Below, one piece after another: positions 12,911 through 26,797 of a DNA stretch of 64,000 nt (positions are counted from its first letter, which is position 1; every line of letters starts with the position of its first letter). Source of the DNA: Tubiluchus corallicola. Its lineage: Eukaryota > Animalia > Priapulida. The stretch is taken from contig JAQGDQ010000339.1 in NCBI GenBank assembly GCA_030141605.1, forward strand, positions 192,087 through 256,086, written 5' to 3'. The notes below the pieces were generated by a model, which saw only the letters and a program-made list of their open reading frames with translations, was not told the DNA's origin and did not search any database. The position numbers and the translations under genes were made by a program.

Positions 12911-15900
12911 AGATTCAGGGATCACAACACAATAAACAATTATTCTAAGTCTACATAATGAAGAACAACAGCAGTAAGTGTTATAAGAATAAAAACACAA
13001 CTTCTACATATTTGCACAATTTAAAACAATGTGGTAAACACAATGCGGGAAACCTTTAGCATTCGAAAGCAACACAGAGACTAAATCCACAAGGACCTGA
13101 TATTACAGAGTCACAAGGACATTACTGAACCTGATAAAACAGAGTCAATCTGATTTGAAACACAGAAACGGATATCGTGCGACATGGTGCTACCGATCAT
13201 AGTTAGGTGTTACGAATTGGGCAGTGCTTCATAACATACAAAGCCTTTTTATTTTTCTTTTATTTTATTACAAAAACACCAAACAACAATACAACACAGC
13301 AAAATACATTATGATAACAAGGTATACATAGTTACATTAATTTCATAATAAAATTGACATGGTATGATATCTATATAAATTGTTGCTTGCATTATAGTCA
13401 GAAGCATTACTTGTGTGACTATAATGCAGTTAATGGTGCTAGTGTTAGAGTGCAAAAAAGGGAAGATAAAAAATGATGGAATGATAGTGGAGAATGCAGA
13501 TGGAAATTAGTAGGATTAGGTTAGTGAAATTATGTGAATGAGAATAAATATCAGATTGCTATTAGGACATGGCAAAAATATGTCAACATTTATGAACAGA
13601 AGTACGCTATGGGCCAGTCTGTCGCTTACCGTGATTCTGAACGTGCGTCTCATACTATACAAGCTTAATCTTTAATAAGAATTTAAGAATGAAGTTTTCA
13701 AACTTTTTTTTGAATCTTGATAACGACAAAATTGACTTTATATTTGCAGGCATTTTGTTCCACATGGTAGGACCAGTAAATGTCTTTTCTGTATACAAGG
13801 ATTCCCAGAGGCGGTATATTTTATGTACGAGTTTTTTTTTTGCTTAGGAATAGGTTTCTAAACTTTTAAATAGGATTTGAGCAAATGAGTAAGAGAATTT
13901 GCCATTAAATGATAATTATTCACATAATTATCTAAAATTTATCAAAAGTTGCTAAATTTACCTTAATCCATTTGTCAATGCAACCCATGTGAAAATTGTG
14001 TAAGCAGGGAAGCATCCGTAGTTTGTCTTTTCCTTTATACCTGTTGAGTACAATATATTTAATACCAATGATTCTGGCTAATTTCATCGACACTTTAGTC
14101 TTAGCTTTTTTCTATAACAACCTGTGCGGTTGGATATATTTCACGATCATTGCCGGGTGAAATGTGCTGCCACCTATTAGCAGAAAGTAGAAATGCTATA
14201 GAAAAATTATGCTTGAACATACCTGTCCATACATATATTACAGGTTGAATCTTCTTCGCTCACCCCTGTGCGTTCTTCGTACGAGTGTGTCGGTAAAAGA
14301 TTGATCTCTTCCCGGGTCAGTCCTCGCTGCACCACTTCACCTAGTTCCTCAGCTAAATCCCACAGTTGCTAAAATACAAAAACGTGCATTAACGACCGTT
14401 CACAACACAACTGAAAGCCACACAGTTAGTAATTAGACTGAGCGTTAATTAGCTTAATTACCCCACAACAGACCCTGTGCTAGACCGAGAAGACATCGGC
14501 GAAATTCATATGTGAACCTGTGGCTTTTGAATTAAATGGGAAAGAGACGAAATTTAAATTGCAACTCAGTTTAAGAGACGCCACGTTCTTCCCGCCCTGA
14601 ATTGACCAAAGTCATAGATAGTGATATCCAGCCTGGGTGCGACCAGGTGTGCTAACCTCTTCACTGTCGAGTAATTCGTATTGTAATTGGCATTGGGGAC
14701 TATTATTAAAAAAAGAATTTGCTACTGCTACAGATATTACTACGGACACTACTACAGATTAACACAACATTTGCTACATCACAGTCAGTTTTGCTGTCAA
14801 AACTACCACTGTCACCACCACCATAGCTACTGACACTACCTGCTGTCACTGTATGAGTTTGTATTTTTAGTGGTTAGATGGCGCTAGCCGCGTCGAGAGC
14901 GGTAAACAATAATCAATAGATAGTCGAATACATATGTGAACAATGTTTTTAAAATACAAGTAATGAGTACTGTGTTTACAAAATCCATACAAAAACCAAA
15001 ATGAAGTTAAAATAGTCACTGCCGCAACTCCCCGTTGACACCATCAACAAGTACCACCATTTAAATCATGTTATTTCAAAAGTAGTTTTATTTTAGGTGG
15101 TATAATTCAAACCAGTTTAAACAAAAGTCACAACACAGCCTTCTGCAGCAAACATTCAGTAATAACAGAAATCTTTTCTGCAAGTTTTGTCCACTTTTTC
15201 CGGAAAATATAGGAATTTTCCGACTTATATATTAACTTTTTGGTCAACAGAGGACAGCACCACTGTTTATTTTCAGTAGCTTGATTCATGAAGTGTACAG
15301 ATATTACTGCTACTGGCATATGTGTCAGTTATTCTCATATTAAGCCTTACTGCACAGTCTTGCCATACAGACCAGCCAGAATCTTGTCATAGAGACGGAA
15401 AAGTGTTTAAACTTTAGAAGCCATTTCTGTGCAAATGTTAAGACTTAAAAGGCAAGAGAATAATAAACAATTCAATAATTTGTTCTCATGCTATAACATG
15501 GCTTCACATTAACCTGGCTTCACATTAGCAAACTATAAAAATTTAATACGTGCGGCATTTAGATTATTAAAATATCCATTTTTTCTTATACTCTGTAGCA
15601 CTCGTAGCAAAATTATGCACAGTCAGACAAAAATAAACTTGGGAAGAAAATATATACCCAACCATAGATACACTAGTCGCCGCTTAATAGATTCACGGTT
15701 AATAGACTTAATCGCTTAATTGACTCAAAAACGCCTGGAACGGGCCGCTTCTATTTAAATGTACACAAAAACTATCGGTAATTGATTCAAATGACTTTGC
15801 TTAATTGACTTAATATTTTTCCTTCACGTAATTAAAATGAGACATTTGTATGTGCCCAAACAGCCTTTCCTACTTTTATTGTATGTGCCCAAACAGCCTT

Positions 15901-18900
15901 TCCTACTTTTATTATATGTGCCCAAACAGCCTTTCCTACTTTTATGTCATCTTTACTTCCCTTTTGTGCATTATGTATGCAGAAACAGTCATGTTAAGTA
16001 CCATTTTGTTTGTAAACAGGCACATTTATCATGCGCTAATATGCTAGTGTAGCGGTTTTGCTTTGAATCTGTTACCCGCTCGCCCACTGCACTTAACCTC
16101 GTTACCTCTGCACTTTACACATTGCTGTTATTTTAAAGATTAGTGAAATTGAAGTAGTTGGTTGGGGTGAGCATTCTGTACCAGAAAGTGAATTTGAATC
16201 GAATCGGGGACTTTCGAATTGAGATTGAAAGATTTTACAAACTAGTTTACAAAATACAAGTAAAAATTAGTCTTACAAAGATCGTGCATATTGCTCGATG
16301 TTGTTCTGTAGTAAAACCACTAATGATTTATTTAAAATTGTGTACAGAATCACAGCTAAATCATGCTAATTGTAAGATGTTTCAAATGTTTTAATGATAA
16401 AGAACGTATGTGATGGAAGTGCAGAATTATTCAAACTTATAGTTTCAGGTTTCGAATTCGAATAAAAAAAAACTTGTTCAAATTGAACTCAAACCTTCGA
16501 TGCTCACCCCTATTGGCTGGATGTGAAAGAAAACAGTAGTATTAACTCATTAAATTAATAAAAGATACAAATTTCTGAATATCATTTTGAAACCACTAAT
16601 TATCAATTAGACAATATTCCTATTCATAAAGAAAACGAGTTTTAGTTAAAGTTAAATACAAGTTAAAAAAATTGGAAGAACAAAAATTTAAAAAACTTAC
16701 ATCGTAATTTTCGCTCGTTAAACTCTCGTTAATATAGTCGCCCCTGATGGAGCTTCTAATTCTCATTCCTCCTCTGCCTCGCGGCCTCCGACGACTTCTC
16801 CCGCGGGAATAGTGCCTAGATGGATTTTCTATGAAGATGTCCAGACCGGATCCTGCAAAAACCAATCAATGACCTAATCATCATTGAAGCAGATTTCATG
16901 CCAAGTTCAGACGAAGATTCGAGAATTTAACCGACATAAACAGCCATTACTGCATTTTTTCAAAATTTCAATGCTATTTTTTTACGTCGAGTCAAAATTC
17001 TAAATGGCTGTCCGTGCACCTTACTTTAACATCACAACGTAACTGTACCAAGAACTTCATCTGTTTGAAAGCCATAAGAAAATGAACATTTTTGGTGAAG
17101 TAAAGTAAGTAACTACAGCATCCATACTGACATGCATATCAAATACACGCGCCAATGAAAATAGCCTCTACTGTTGTACTGTAATCGCTAATTTTTACAT
17201 TTAGACTTTCAACTCAAAATGGGACGACATACTTGGAGCCCCTATGGCAAAGTGGTCTAAAAGTTACACAACGAGTTATCAATGAATGTATAGGATAAGA
17301 TATCAGTGGATGTATAGCGCGAACTATCAATGAATGTATAGGATAAGTTACCAATGAATGTATAGGATAAGTTACCAATGAATGTATAGGATAAGTTATC
17401 AAAGAATGTATAGGATAAGATATCAGTGGATGTATAGCGCGAACTATCAATGAATGTATAGGATAAGTTACCAATGAATGTATAGGATAAGTTATCAATG
17501 GATGTATAGGATAAGTTACCAATGAATGTATAGGATAAGTTACCAATGAATGTATAGGATAAGTTATCAAAGAATGTATAGGATAAGTTACCAATGAATG
17601 TATAGGATGAGTTATCAATGAATGTATAGGATGAGTTATCAATGAATGTATAGGATAAGTTACCAATGAATGTATAGGTTAAGTTATCAATGGATGTATA
17701 ACGCAAGTTATCAATGAATGTATAGGATACGTTATCAATGGATTTATAGCATGAGTTATCGATGAATGTATAGCACGAATTACCAATGAATGTATAAGAT
17801 AAGTTATCAATGGATGTATAGGATGAGTTATCAATGAATGTATAGGATAAGTTACCAATGAATGTATAGGTTAAGTTATCAATGGATGTATAACGCAAGT
17901 TATCAATGAATGTATAGGATACGTTATCAATGGATTTATAGCATGAGTTATCAATGAATGTATAGCACGAATTACCAATGAATGTATAAGATAAGTTACC
18001 AATGAATGCATAGCACGAATTATCAATGAATGTATAGGATAAGTTATCAATGGATGTATAGGATAAGTTATCAATGGATGTATAGGATAAGTTATCAATG
18101 ATTGTATAGGATAAGTTATCAATGGATGTATAGGATAAGTTATCAATGGATATATAGGATAAGTTATTAATGTCAGGACAGCACTGATGAAGGTAATGAG
18201 ACTCGTAGTACGTGTTCCTATAAGACCGTTGTCAATTTGTAAATTTGTCGGAAATGGTGCTGACAAACCAAGTTTTTTGCTGGTTTACTGCTGTATTTAC
18301 TTGCCGTGGGGGGGGGGCAGATTTCTTTTATTTTAGACTGCCCACTGTCTACAAATAGACGTAATGGGGTTATGATGACGATTATGATGCATTTGCAAAT
18401 GACCAATTTTCACAGAATAATTTTTTAACTTAACTATTTGCAAACTACGTAACAAAGACTGCTTAAGTAACAACAGCAAAGTGCAAAACAGTTATAAGGG
18501 AGGGACTTTTCTGCTATTCTTTCACAAATTAAAATTTCAAAAACCAAAAATTGTAGTCATATTTTTACAAAAGCAAAAAAGTGATGTAAACTAGTGATCT
18601 GAACAATAGTTAATAGGTTATCCCACAGACCAAGTGAATATCTCCAAAATGTACTTAGTTCTCTCTTACTCACTTAGACTACCTCTCCACTAAATGTGCT
18701 TGCATAGCCATAAGTCGGTAGTTAAGCTTTTCTAGTCATTCACATATCCTGAATTTCCATTTCATGAGGATCATTTTGATACCAAGCTCATAGTTATGCT
18801 TAAATCCAGTAGATGGATCTTCCTGACGAAGATCTGGGCTTGGCAAAAGAAAAACCCTAAGCAAAAGGACTGCTTCCACGAGTGGGTTATAACATTAGAT

Positions 18901-21900
18901 TTTTGGTATTTTTTGAACATTTTCTTAATAATTTGATGCTAAAATATAAAAGTCCAATATATTTAGCATTTGTTTTAATAAAAAAAAACAAAAAATTTAC
19001 ATTAAACCAAATTTTTGGCGCATTCTACTTTGAAGCATTATAACGTAGTTTTTACTATGCCGACTTACAGACGGTTTTGGTTTGCAAACATACAGAACAG
19101 CTCAAACTGATAACCCAAAATGTAAGTAGTACGATTTTCATCATCTTCATCGAGATTAAATTTAAACAAAGCAATTGTATCATCGTCACACATTTTACCT
19201 TCAATTCCAGACATTACAACGTTCAGACCGCCAACGTTGATATTGAAACGATCAACGTGACCAAACACTTCCTCATCCTCGTCATCGCCATCATCTGACA
19301 AAGGTTCGACAGCGTAGTTTGAGGCGCATCGTCGACAAGGCGACCCAGCGTCGGTGTGCTAAGAAATGTAATAAAAACTGTGTGATAAAAGACCCAGACA
19401 AATCAGATTGGTTGTTTTTTTCCCACAGAGATCCGCTTTTTGTTATGTAAATTATAATTTCTGTATGCATGTACATGAAAATTAACGCCCAATTTAATAT
19501 ACTTCAATATACCAATATATAGATCATGTTTAAAAAAGACCTGAAAAATCTTGGCAAAAATAGCTCAAAAAAATTTTGTGTACTGTGTGTGTTAAAGTCA
19601 GCTTTTTACGACAAAACCAAGTTCAGTTTATAATTTATGAAATATAAGTACGAAATACTTACAAAATAAAATTTGCTTACTTTTCTAAACATTTAACTTC
19701 TGGGTTTTAGTTCTAGTTAGAGTTCTAACACTTAGCTATAAACTGAAATTCAAGATTCTAGTCTAGTCCAGTGTAATGCAAATTCTTGTTGGGCGCTACT
19801 TCATCAAGTTTGTGTCAGTGCAAATAAATGCAGACAAACAAAAACAATTTCAGCATTTTTCAGTTGTAATAGAGTTGGTTTTGTAAAATTTTGATTCGGT
19901 ATCATTTCGAATGTTTCATAAATATAGCTTTATTAAAGCCGTATTAATACATAATTTGCTGTATTAAAAGATACAGAGATATAAATATAAATATATATAG
20001 ATACACCTGATTTTCAGTTCAATTATTTGCATGATAATTTCTTTTTATGACTGTCAAAGATGATGCTTGTGTCATGAAGTATATTTCAGTGCCATTGTTC
20101 TTGTGTCAGATTTTTGTTCTCAGTTCTTGTTTGATTTTATATTATACACTTATTATTACTGCATATGAATTGTATTAACACGTATTATATATAACAGGTT
20201 ATAAACATATAAATTTAATATCATTTGTAAGAATTAAATTCTAACTACAAGCAGTACTAACACTATTACACTGTAGCACAGCACTAATAAAAATGTTCAT
20301 CACTAACCAAAGGGCAGCTGACTCACTGCCCTTTCTTCACAATTTTTTTTTCAAATTATTATTTGTATTATAACTGTATGTGTGCTGCAAGATAAATAAA
20401 AAAGATTATTATGTTATGTAGATTCAACTTAGAAATTGAAAAAAAATTATTTGCTGTATTAAAAGTAGCTCCTAGTAAAAAATTGGACTACATTTTCAGT
20501 AAATTTGCCAGATATGTTATCAAAATTGAAACCTAAATTTATGAAACATACGAAACCGATACCGAATCAAAATTTTGCAAAACCAACTACTATTAGAACA
20601 GAAAAATGCTGAAGTGAGTAAAATACTTTGTTTTTGTTTGTCTGCATTTATTTGCACTGACACAAACTTGATGAAGTAGCTGGCCAAAAAAAATTTGCAT
20701 TACATAACAGTTAAACTAGACTACAATCTTGAATTTCAGTTTATAGCTAAGTGTTAGAACTGTAACTAAAACCTAGAAGCTAAATGTTTAGGAAAGTAAA
20801 CAAATTTTATTTTGTAAGTATTTTGTAGCCTATATTTCATAAATTATAAACTGAACTTGGTTATGTCGTAAAAAGCTGCCTTTAACATACACAGTACACG
20901 AAAATTTTTTGAACTGTTTTTGCCAAGATTTTTCAGGGCTTTTTTAAACAGTTGTGAAAAGAAAAGGTAAGCCGGATTAAAGCTACCAAAACCTCGTAAA
21001 AACACTGTGGAAACTTACAGAAATTTTCGGCTACAAAACTTAATAACTTTGGGCTAAAACGAAACCAAACCGAAAGGAAATTATTGTTTTGGTGACACTC
21101 TGAAATTGATAATACATTAACTCGCAAGCTTTATAACTACCAAGGCCACTAAAAGGTTGGTAAATCGTCAAATTGTTAGTCTACAAAATAGTCTTAGAAA
21201 ATCCTTCAAATTGGACTTCCATATTGTTACTACACATAATAGTTAACTTTATTAACTATTTAACTATTACACATATTTAACTTTACTACACATAATAGTT
21301 AGCAGCAGAATTATTTGCAAACTAATTTTGAAGAGGAAGAATAGGGAATTTTAAAGTACATCTCACAAAATTTTCCACACAAACTTGTATTACGTAGCAT
21401 TATGAATACCTGCTTAAAAGACTTATGTAACTAGAAAAAAATCCTTAATAATTTAAAATGTTCGCACTACCTGGTAAAATGTCACTGACCCACCTTCCCA
21501 GTGTGCACCACTGACTCACCAAAAAACCTATTATTTATCTTACTGACAATATAAAGTAATTTAAGCTTTAGCTTAATTAGCCAAGAGTGTGTTACGGATG
21601 TTCTGATTATTTTTTCAAACGTTAGGCAACGTTATCTAAACTTGTCTCAAACAATTTACAATCAAAATGGTTGTGCCTAATGGTCGTCTTGGGAGCTTAT
21701 TAAGTTCACCTTATATCGCTTTGTTGCTAATGCAAGCTGTCTTTGCAATAAGACATTATGCAAAATTTCAAGACAGTTTTTTAAACTTTATGCAAGTAAA
21801 GGGTTTTCTTGTGCTGTAAACTAGTTATCACAGGTTAGATACTCTTACTCTGCAGGCATCTTAACTATATTTGGATATGTAACAAAGGGAATGATCACTT

Positions 21901-24900
21901 TTCCCACTGGTTGCCCTTCCACGTACAAATCAAGATCTAGTGTTGCTTAACTTCGAGTGTTATCCACACACTTGAGTGTTCAACAATCACCCATGACTTA
22001 GCAACATACAAAGAAATTATTTCATACACTTTGTATATTTTAATACTTTATAAATTCGAATGACAGTAGTAAGAGAATAGGATTATACTGAATGTAATGC
22101 CATTGGAAGCTCGTTGTTGTCATGGCGATCAAGTTGTGCAGCCTCCCGAGCAATAGCTTGAGCCGTCTCCATGTCTAGCTGTTGCTGAAGCTGACGAGCA
22201 TACTCTTCATCAGCTTCCAATTGAGCAACCAGCTTGACCGCATCTCGAGCATCGTTGGGAGAGAGGGACGACTTTCCTCTGAAAAGAAACTTAAAATCTT
22301 AAACCACCTCTAAATTTTGTTTGCTGTCCGATTCACGTGATTACAGTCATGAAGTGCTTAAAGGAAAACAGGATGTGATTTCGTACCTACGCCATTTTGA
22401 AGTATGGTAAAAATAAAAAGTATGCATTTTAACACACATGTCAATAATTAAATAACAGGTTAAAAATTAATTAACAGCTGGTGAGCCCAACTAGTGATGA
22501 TGTCATAGACTCATAGTTGAACATAATTTTCAATGGCACAAACATTGCACCAGCGCGTGGCAGGTGTTTGCGAAAGTGAAGTAAGTTTAAGTTTACCGCT
22601 GTGCTAATGCACGAATTTTCGAAGGGAATACATCACCAATGAGAATATATCACCATGCACAGCATAAGTGCACTTGCATCTGCTGATTCTTTCTTTTATA
22701 CAGTTTTAATATATGTATGAATGTCAATAATAAAAAAATATAAAAAAATAAATAACTGAACTGAGCAATACAGCCAGCATCTGCAGTGCTTTTTGTACAA
22801 TGGGCTTCTCATGTGCAGGCATTAGTGTTCATATAACTAGCAATGGCGAAATGTATGCAACAGCTAAGAGCTAGCCATATGAACGTGAAACTGTGTTTGT
22901 GCGGTAATAATTCTTTCAAGTAAATCATTCTTGAAACAAAAACGATATGTTCTCTTTCAATATTTTGAGGATTGGATTATTATGAGTTGTAGTTTAAAGG
23001 TCAAATACAGCGCACTTTATAAGGTTTCAGTTTTACACAAAAACAGAAAGAAATGCTCTAACTAAGATTTTCTGATACTTTCAACTTTTTCTTGGTCCTT
23101 TACAAAAGAGGAAGTCGGGTGTGAAGGTGTCATCTCTAAAAAAAGCATGGAAGTGCATTTCACGCATTTTAGATGACACCAGCAAAATTCTCTCCCAGGT
23201 TATGGAGAGTTTGAACTCGGTTACCACGTGTTACATTTCACTGTGTAACATTGTTTACAAATTCAGCGTCACAGAAGTGACATGGTATCCAAGGAAGTCG
23301 TTGCCAGCATATTTGTTTACCCTGCGACGTTCCGAAGTTTCATGAGCAAAATCGAACAAAATGTTTTGGGAAAAAATGCAACTTCGAGGCCCGATTCCCT
23401 GTAAGGAAGCCACGAAATTTAGTAAAATTAGTGTCAAATTTTAAGTTACGGTTAGCTCTTTTAATTAAAGAAAACTTGTTTTCACGTTAAACATAACCTA
23501 TAAGGCTTTGTCTACTTTTCCTTTAAACAGCATACAGATATCTAGCTTGGTAAAACACAATTAAAAAGAAACAACCTAGTTTTGAAAGGCAACACAATAG
23601 TTTAAAGCATGCGTGGAAAGAAATACTCACTTTAGATTAGAACTTTGTAAATTTCGAGTCACAGGTGTGGAAACGTTCACCGGAGGACACTGCTCATCAC
23701 CGGATGACGTCATATGAGTTACGGCAACTGACTCAGGTCTCTGTGATGCTGCATTAAAAACAAAAAAAGCAACATTACCTCAGCAAACGAGTTACATTTT
23801 CAAATGATAAATTTGTTCTGCCATTATTGTTCTCTTCCGATCTCATTGTTTAATTCTGACATCATGTATTCATTTTATACTACTTGTCGATGAAATTTTA
23901 GAGAAAACTTTGCGAGCCTTTGCAACATTCAGCTGAATTCAAAACAAGGCAAAAAATCAAACCTCGTTGTAGTGCCCCCCCCCACTTTATAATGCCAACC
24001 TCGTTTTTAATGCTGAGATTTTTAGCAAAACAATACGTCTGTATTTGCATAGAGGCATGTATTAATTAATGCACGTCGTTATAATGTCAGATTTGCAATA
24101 ACGGCAAAATTTTTGCACTGCCAAAACAGGCGGTTTAAGAAGGTTTGACTATACAGTTCACTTTGACCCGGAAGAAGCATTAAGGAGAACATTATTGCTG
24201 TCTCACTGTCAGTCACAGAGAGCTCACATAATGCTATTGACCTTACCACATTCAACTGCCGCTGTAAAATTCCAGACGAAGCCATTGTCTATTATGCTTA
24301 GCACTGAATATGCAAACGCTACTGTAGTTATTAAAGGTTCATAATTAATGTTACTGATGGTGTTCATTTCGAGTTGCTGACATTTATTAACAAATGGGAT
24401 GCAGACGGTCTACAATCCCATTAATTTTATGAAAAGGAAAATTACTAGTAATTATCTTGAGTGGAATACGTTTGAATTTTTTGTGATCAGGTTTCTGCAA
24501 CTACAGATGCCACAAATCATCTAATCAAAATACTTTCAATTAGTTGATTGTCGGCTGTGTAGAAGCAGAGAAAGTAAATATTTTATTGATTCTGCAACTG
24601 TTACACAGTTTATAATGTAACAGAAATGTCGGTTCGCATGCAAAAGATGAACGAACTCTAAACATATTTAACAAGGTTTCGTTTAAAGGGGAAGAAAATG
24701 GAATTTCAAAATGCGTTCCAAGAAACGTTTCACACAAAGTTAAATTACTTAGGATTAAGTCAATTACGCTTACCTGTCTGAAAGACTTATGTAATTGGAA
24801 CAGAAATTTTTTAATAATTTAAAATGTTTGTGCCACCTGTTAAACCTCACTGCATCACTATCCCAGTGTGCACCACTGATTCACCAAAAAAACATATTAT

Positions 24901-26797
24901 CGATCCTACTGACAAAATAAAGTAATTAAAACTGTTGGGTAGTTAGCGAAGAATGCACCACAAATGTTTTGACTATTATTTTTAAAATATTACTCAAAGT
25001 TATCTAAAATTGTCTCAAACAAGCTACCTCTAAAAGGGCTGTGCCTAACCATCATCGCAGAAATTTAAATTTACAAGTTTTACACAGCATTACTGCCAAC
25101 GCAAGCTCTGTATGCAGTAAGACAGCAGGTAGGGATATAAAATTTCAAGACGATAATTTGAAGCTTTATTTATGAAGAATGTTTTCTTGTCCTTTAAGAA
25201 GTGTCACTATATCAGTTAGATCCAATTAATAAACGTTTTCACAGTTCAAGTGATTGATGACAATCGTAAAAAGGTCAAAGCTTAAGTAGTAAACCAGAAA
25301 ACGCATTTGTGTACACTTGGCAATGCCTCGCAGCCCAGGCTGTTATAATAGCAACAGTTTTAACAGCTAGCTAGAACCTTACCTAGTTTATTTTTTCTTG
25401 TTCCCAAGCAAGATCCTGCTAGTAAATCACTCTACGCACAGACTAATGCATAATTAAGTAACGTCCAGGTAAAAAAGGTAGCTACCTAACTGATGTACCA
25501 GACGGTTTTGTTTTACCCACAAGTCGTCTGATGGTTGAGATTAAGACGCACTGCTGTGATATACTTAACCTTTGACCTACAGCAACTGCGCGTGCGCACA
25601 GCAAAACTGTGAAAATGCTTATTCAATACACGTCTTTTGTTACAAGCAGAAAAGAATTTAATAACATTGCCTACCTTGTTCAGCACTTGGTCTCCACTCG
25701 TGAACAATGTCGATATCGTTTTCCTGTCTGTCAGCTTCTTCTATTGCCGTTGCTATCATGACCAGTTCTTCATCCGTGACGCCTGCAACCGTTCCCGGGA
25801 ACATCTGATCATCGAGGTGCATCGCCGGCATACTTGCACTTGCCGCTTCTTGCCGAAAGGAGGCACTAGAGGTCGCCGTCGTGTGCTTGCGTGGCGACCG
25901 TTGTTTCTCTCTCCCGTCAAAATGCTGCAGTCGACCGGGATAATGGTGCAGTCTCTCTTTTGAATTTGTGCGAGACCTGCCACTGATCCGTGGGGAATGC
26001 CTGTGATGTCTGTCGCATTGGTGAGGACGATGCCTGTCATTTCTCAGTGAATACCGTGACGTGTCACATCGACTACATCTGGCATTACTCCTACCGTGTC
26101 TCGGCTCCCTACAGTGACGATAATAAACGTCAGTCTCCTCGAAGGCTGCACTAGACGTAGATGGAGCACTGGGGAATGTGTCTTTTGATGAAGGGTACAT
26201 GCACGATGACCATGCATTCACATTTGAATTCCTGCTCGCCCTTCCTCCGACTTCCGGAAACCGTCTTTTTGTCATCTTCACGCGTTTTCGCCTGTGTGGA
26301 AGAATCCTTTCTTCATCAGAAGAAGATGACACATCTAAAACATCTATCTGATTTTGACGAACTTTGTTGGTCACACCTGTATTGCTAGGTGCTCTGTCCA
26401 GATCACGGCCTACCTTTTCCTCCTCAGCTGACAACACAGAAAACGTATCGACATAATCATCAACATCCATATCGTCTTCGTTAGTATTCTGAATTACCGG
26501 ATCATGTACTGCTGTCTGACTGGTTTCACCTCTACAAGAGATGCTGCGCTCATTGCAAGACAAAGCCGGTAAGTCCCAAGTATGGCCGTTTGAAGAACTC
26601 CACGTGTCGGCCGTATCATTCAACGTAGACAGCCTAAAGCTGTCGGTTGCTACAGGGATGTCCGAAGCTTCAAACCAAACATCGTCCTCATCTGCAGTGG
26701 TTTCGTTCATTTCGGAGATGTTCATATCGTGGAGGAGGTCCTCATCATCATCATCAGTGAACAGCACAGCTGACACTTCCTGTTCCTCTTCATTCAT
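12534..26797 (-). CDS. C-terminal RING-H2 E3 ubiquitin ligase (RNF111/RNF165/RNF38/RNF44-like RING), ~672 aa, long disordered N-terminus with SIM-like and MIU motifs
   Basis: Eight phase-consistent GT-AG exons: 26797-25675, 23748-23631, 22278-22089, 19358-19199, 16852-16701, 14368-14223, 14040-13962, 12584-12534. C-terminus: ENYDQLWDLAEELGEVVQRGLTREEINLLP...CNICMDRYKGKDKLRMLPCLHNFHMGCIDKWIKNNATCPVCRVEVNLDQ* (C3H2C3). Confidence 0.88.
13690..13800 (-). mobile_element. LINE (CR1/L2-like) 3' ORF2 remnant
   Basis: Minus-strand translation GPTMWNKMPANIKSILSLSRFKKKF matches the W-N-x-L-P...FK terminal LINE motif. Confidence 0.5.
15846..15945. repeat. 33-bp tandem repeat x3
   Basis: Unit tatgtgcccaaacagcctttcctacttttattg; explains ORFs 15837-16052 and 15850-16047. 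Confidence 0.9.
16163..16512. mobile_element. MITE family C (ggggtgagcat termini, ttcgaa-rich)
   Basis: ggggtgagcatt ... atgctcacccta-type ends; homologous to 48363-48683 and ~63552-63871. Confidence 0.75.
17274..18168. repeat. 24-bp minisatellite (~37 units) with higher-order structure
   Basis: Unit agttatcaatgaatgtataggata; variant blocks recur at 120-bp (17301/17421) and 192-bp (17677/17869) spacing. Confidence 0.95.
18695..19090 (+). mobile_element. Non-autonomous TIR element, family B
   Basis: tgtgcttgcatagc ... ttgcaaacata; same family as 34205-34650. Confidence 0.65.
19527..20950. mobile_element. Long-TIR / Foldback-like non-autonomous element (~1.4 kb, ~400-bp arms)
   Basis: 19527-~19928 is the diverged reverse complement of ~20533-20950 (e.g. 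tgtttaaaaaagacctgaaaaatcttggcaaaaa vs tttttgccaagatttttcagggcttttttaaaca); ~600-bp AT-rich spacer without an ORF. Confidence 0.85.
21893..21960 (-). pseudogene. Degenerate 5S rRNA-derived fragment (pseudogene or SINE3 head)
   Basis: Minus strand ctcgaagttaagcaacactagatcttgatttgtacgtggaagggcaaccagtgggaa resembles the metazoan 5S internal control region (ctcggaagctaagcagggtcgggcctggttagtacttggatgggagaccgcctgggaa); judged by eye. Confidence 0.45.
25255..25610 (+). mobile_element. Dispersed repeat, family D
   Basis: cgcatttgtgtacacttg...cagctagctagaaccttacctag...aacctttgacc; also at ~37930-38330 (+) and ~51655-51990 (-). Confidence 0.7.

Noticed and set aside
17214-18266. Repeat-protein ORFs (131-213 aa)
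   Set aside because: By-products of a 24-bp minisatellite; the flanking RING exons splice in phase without them.
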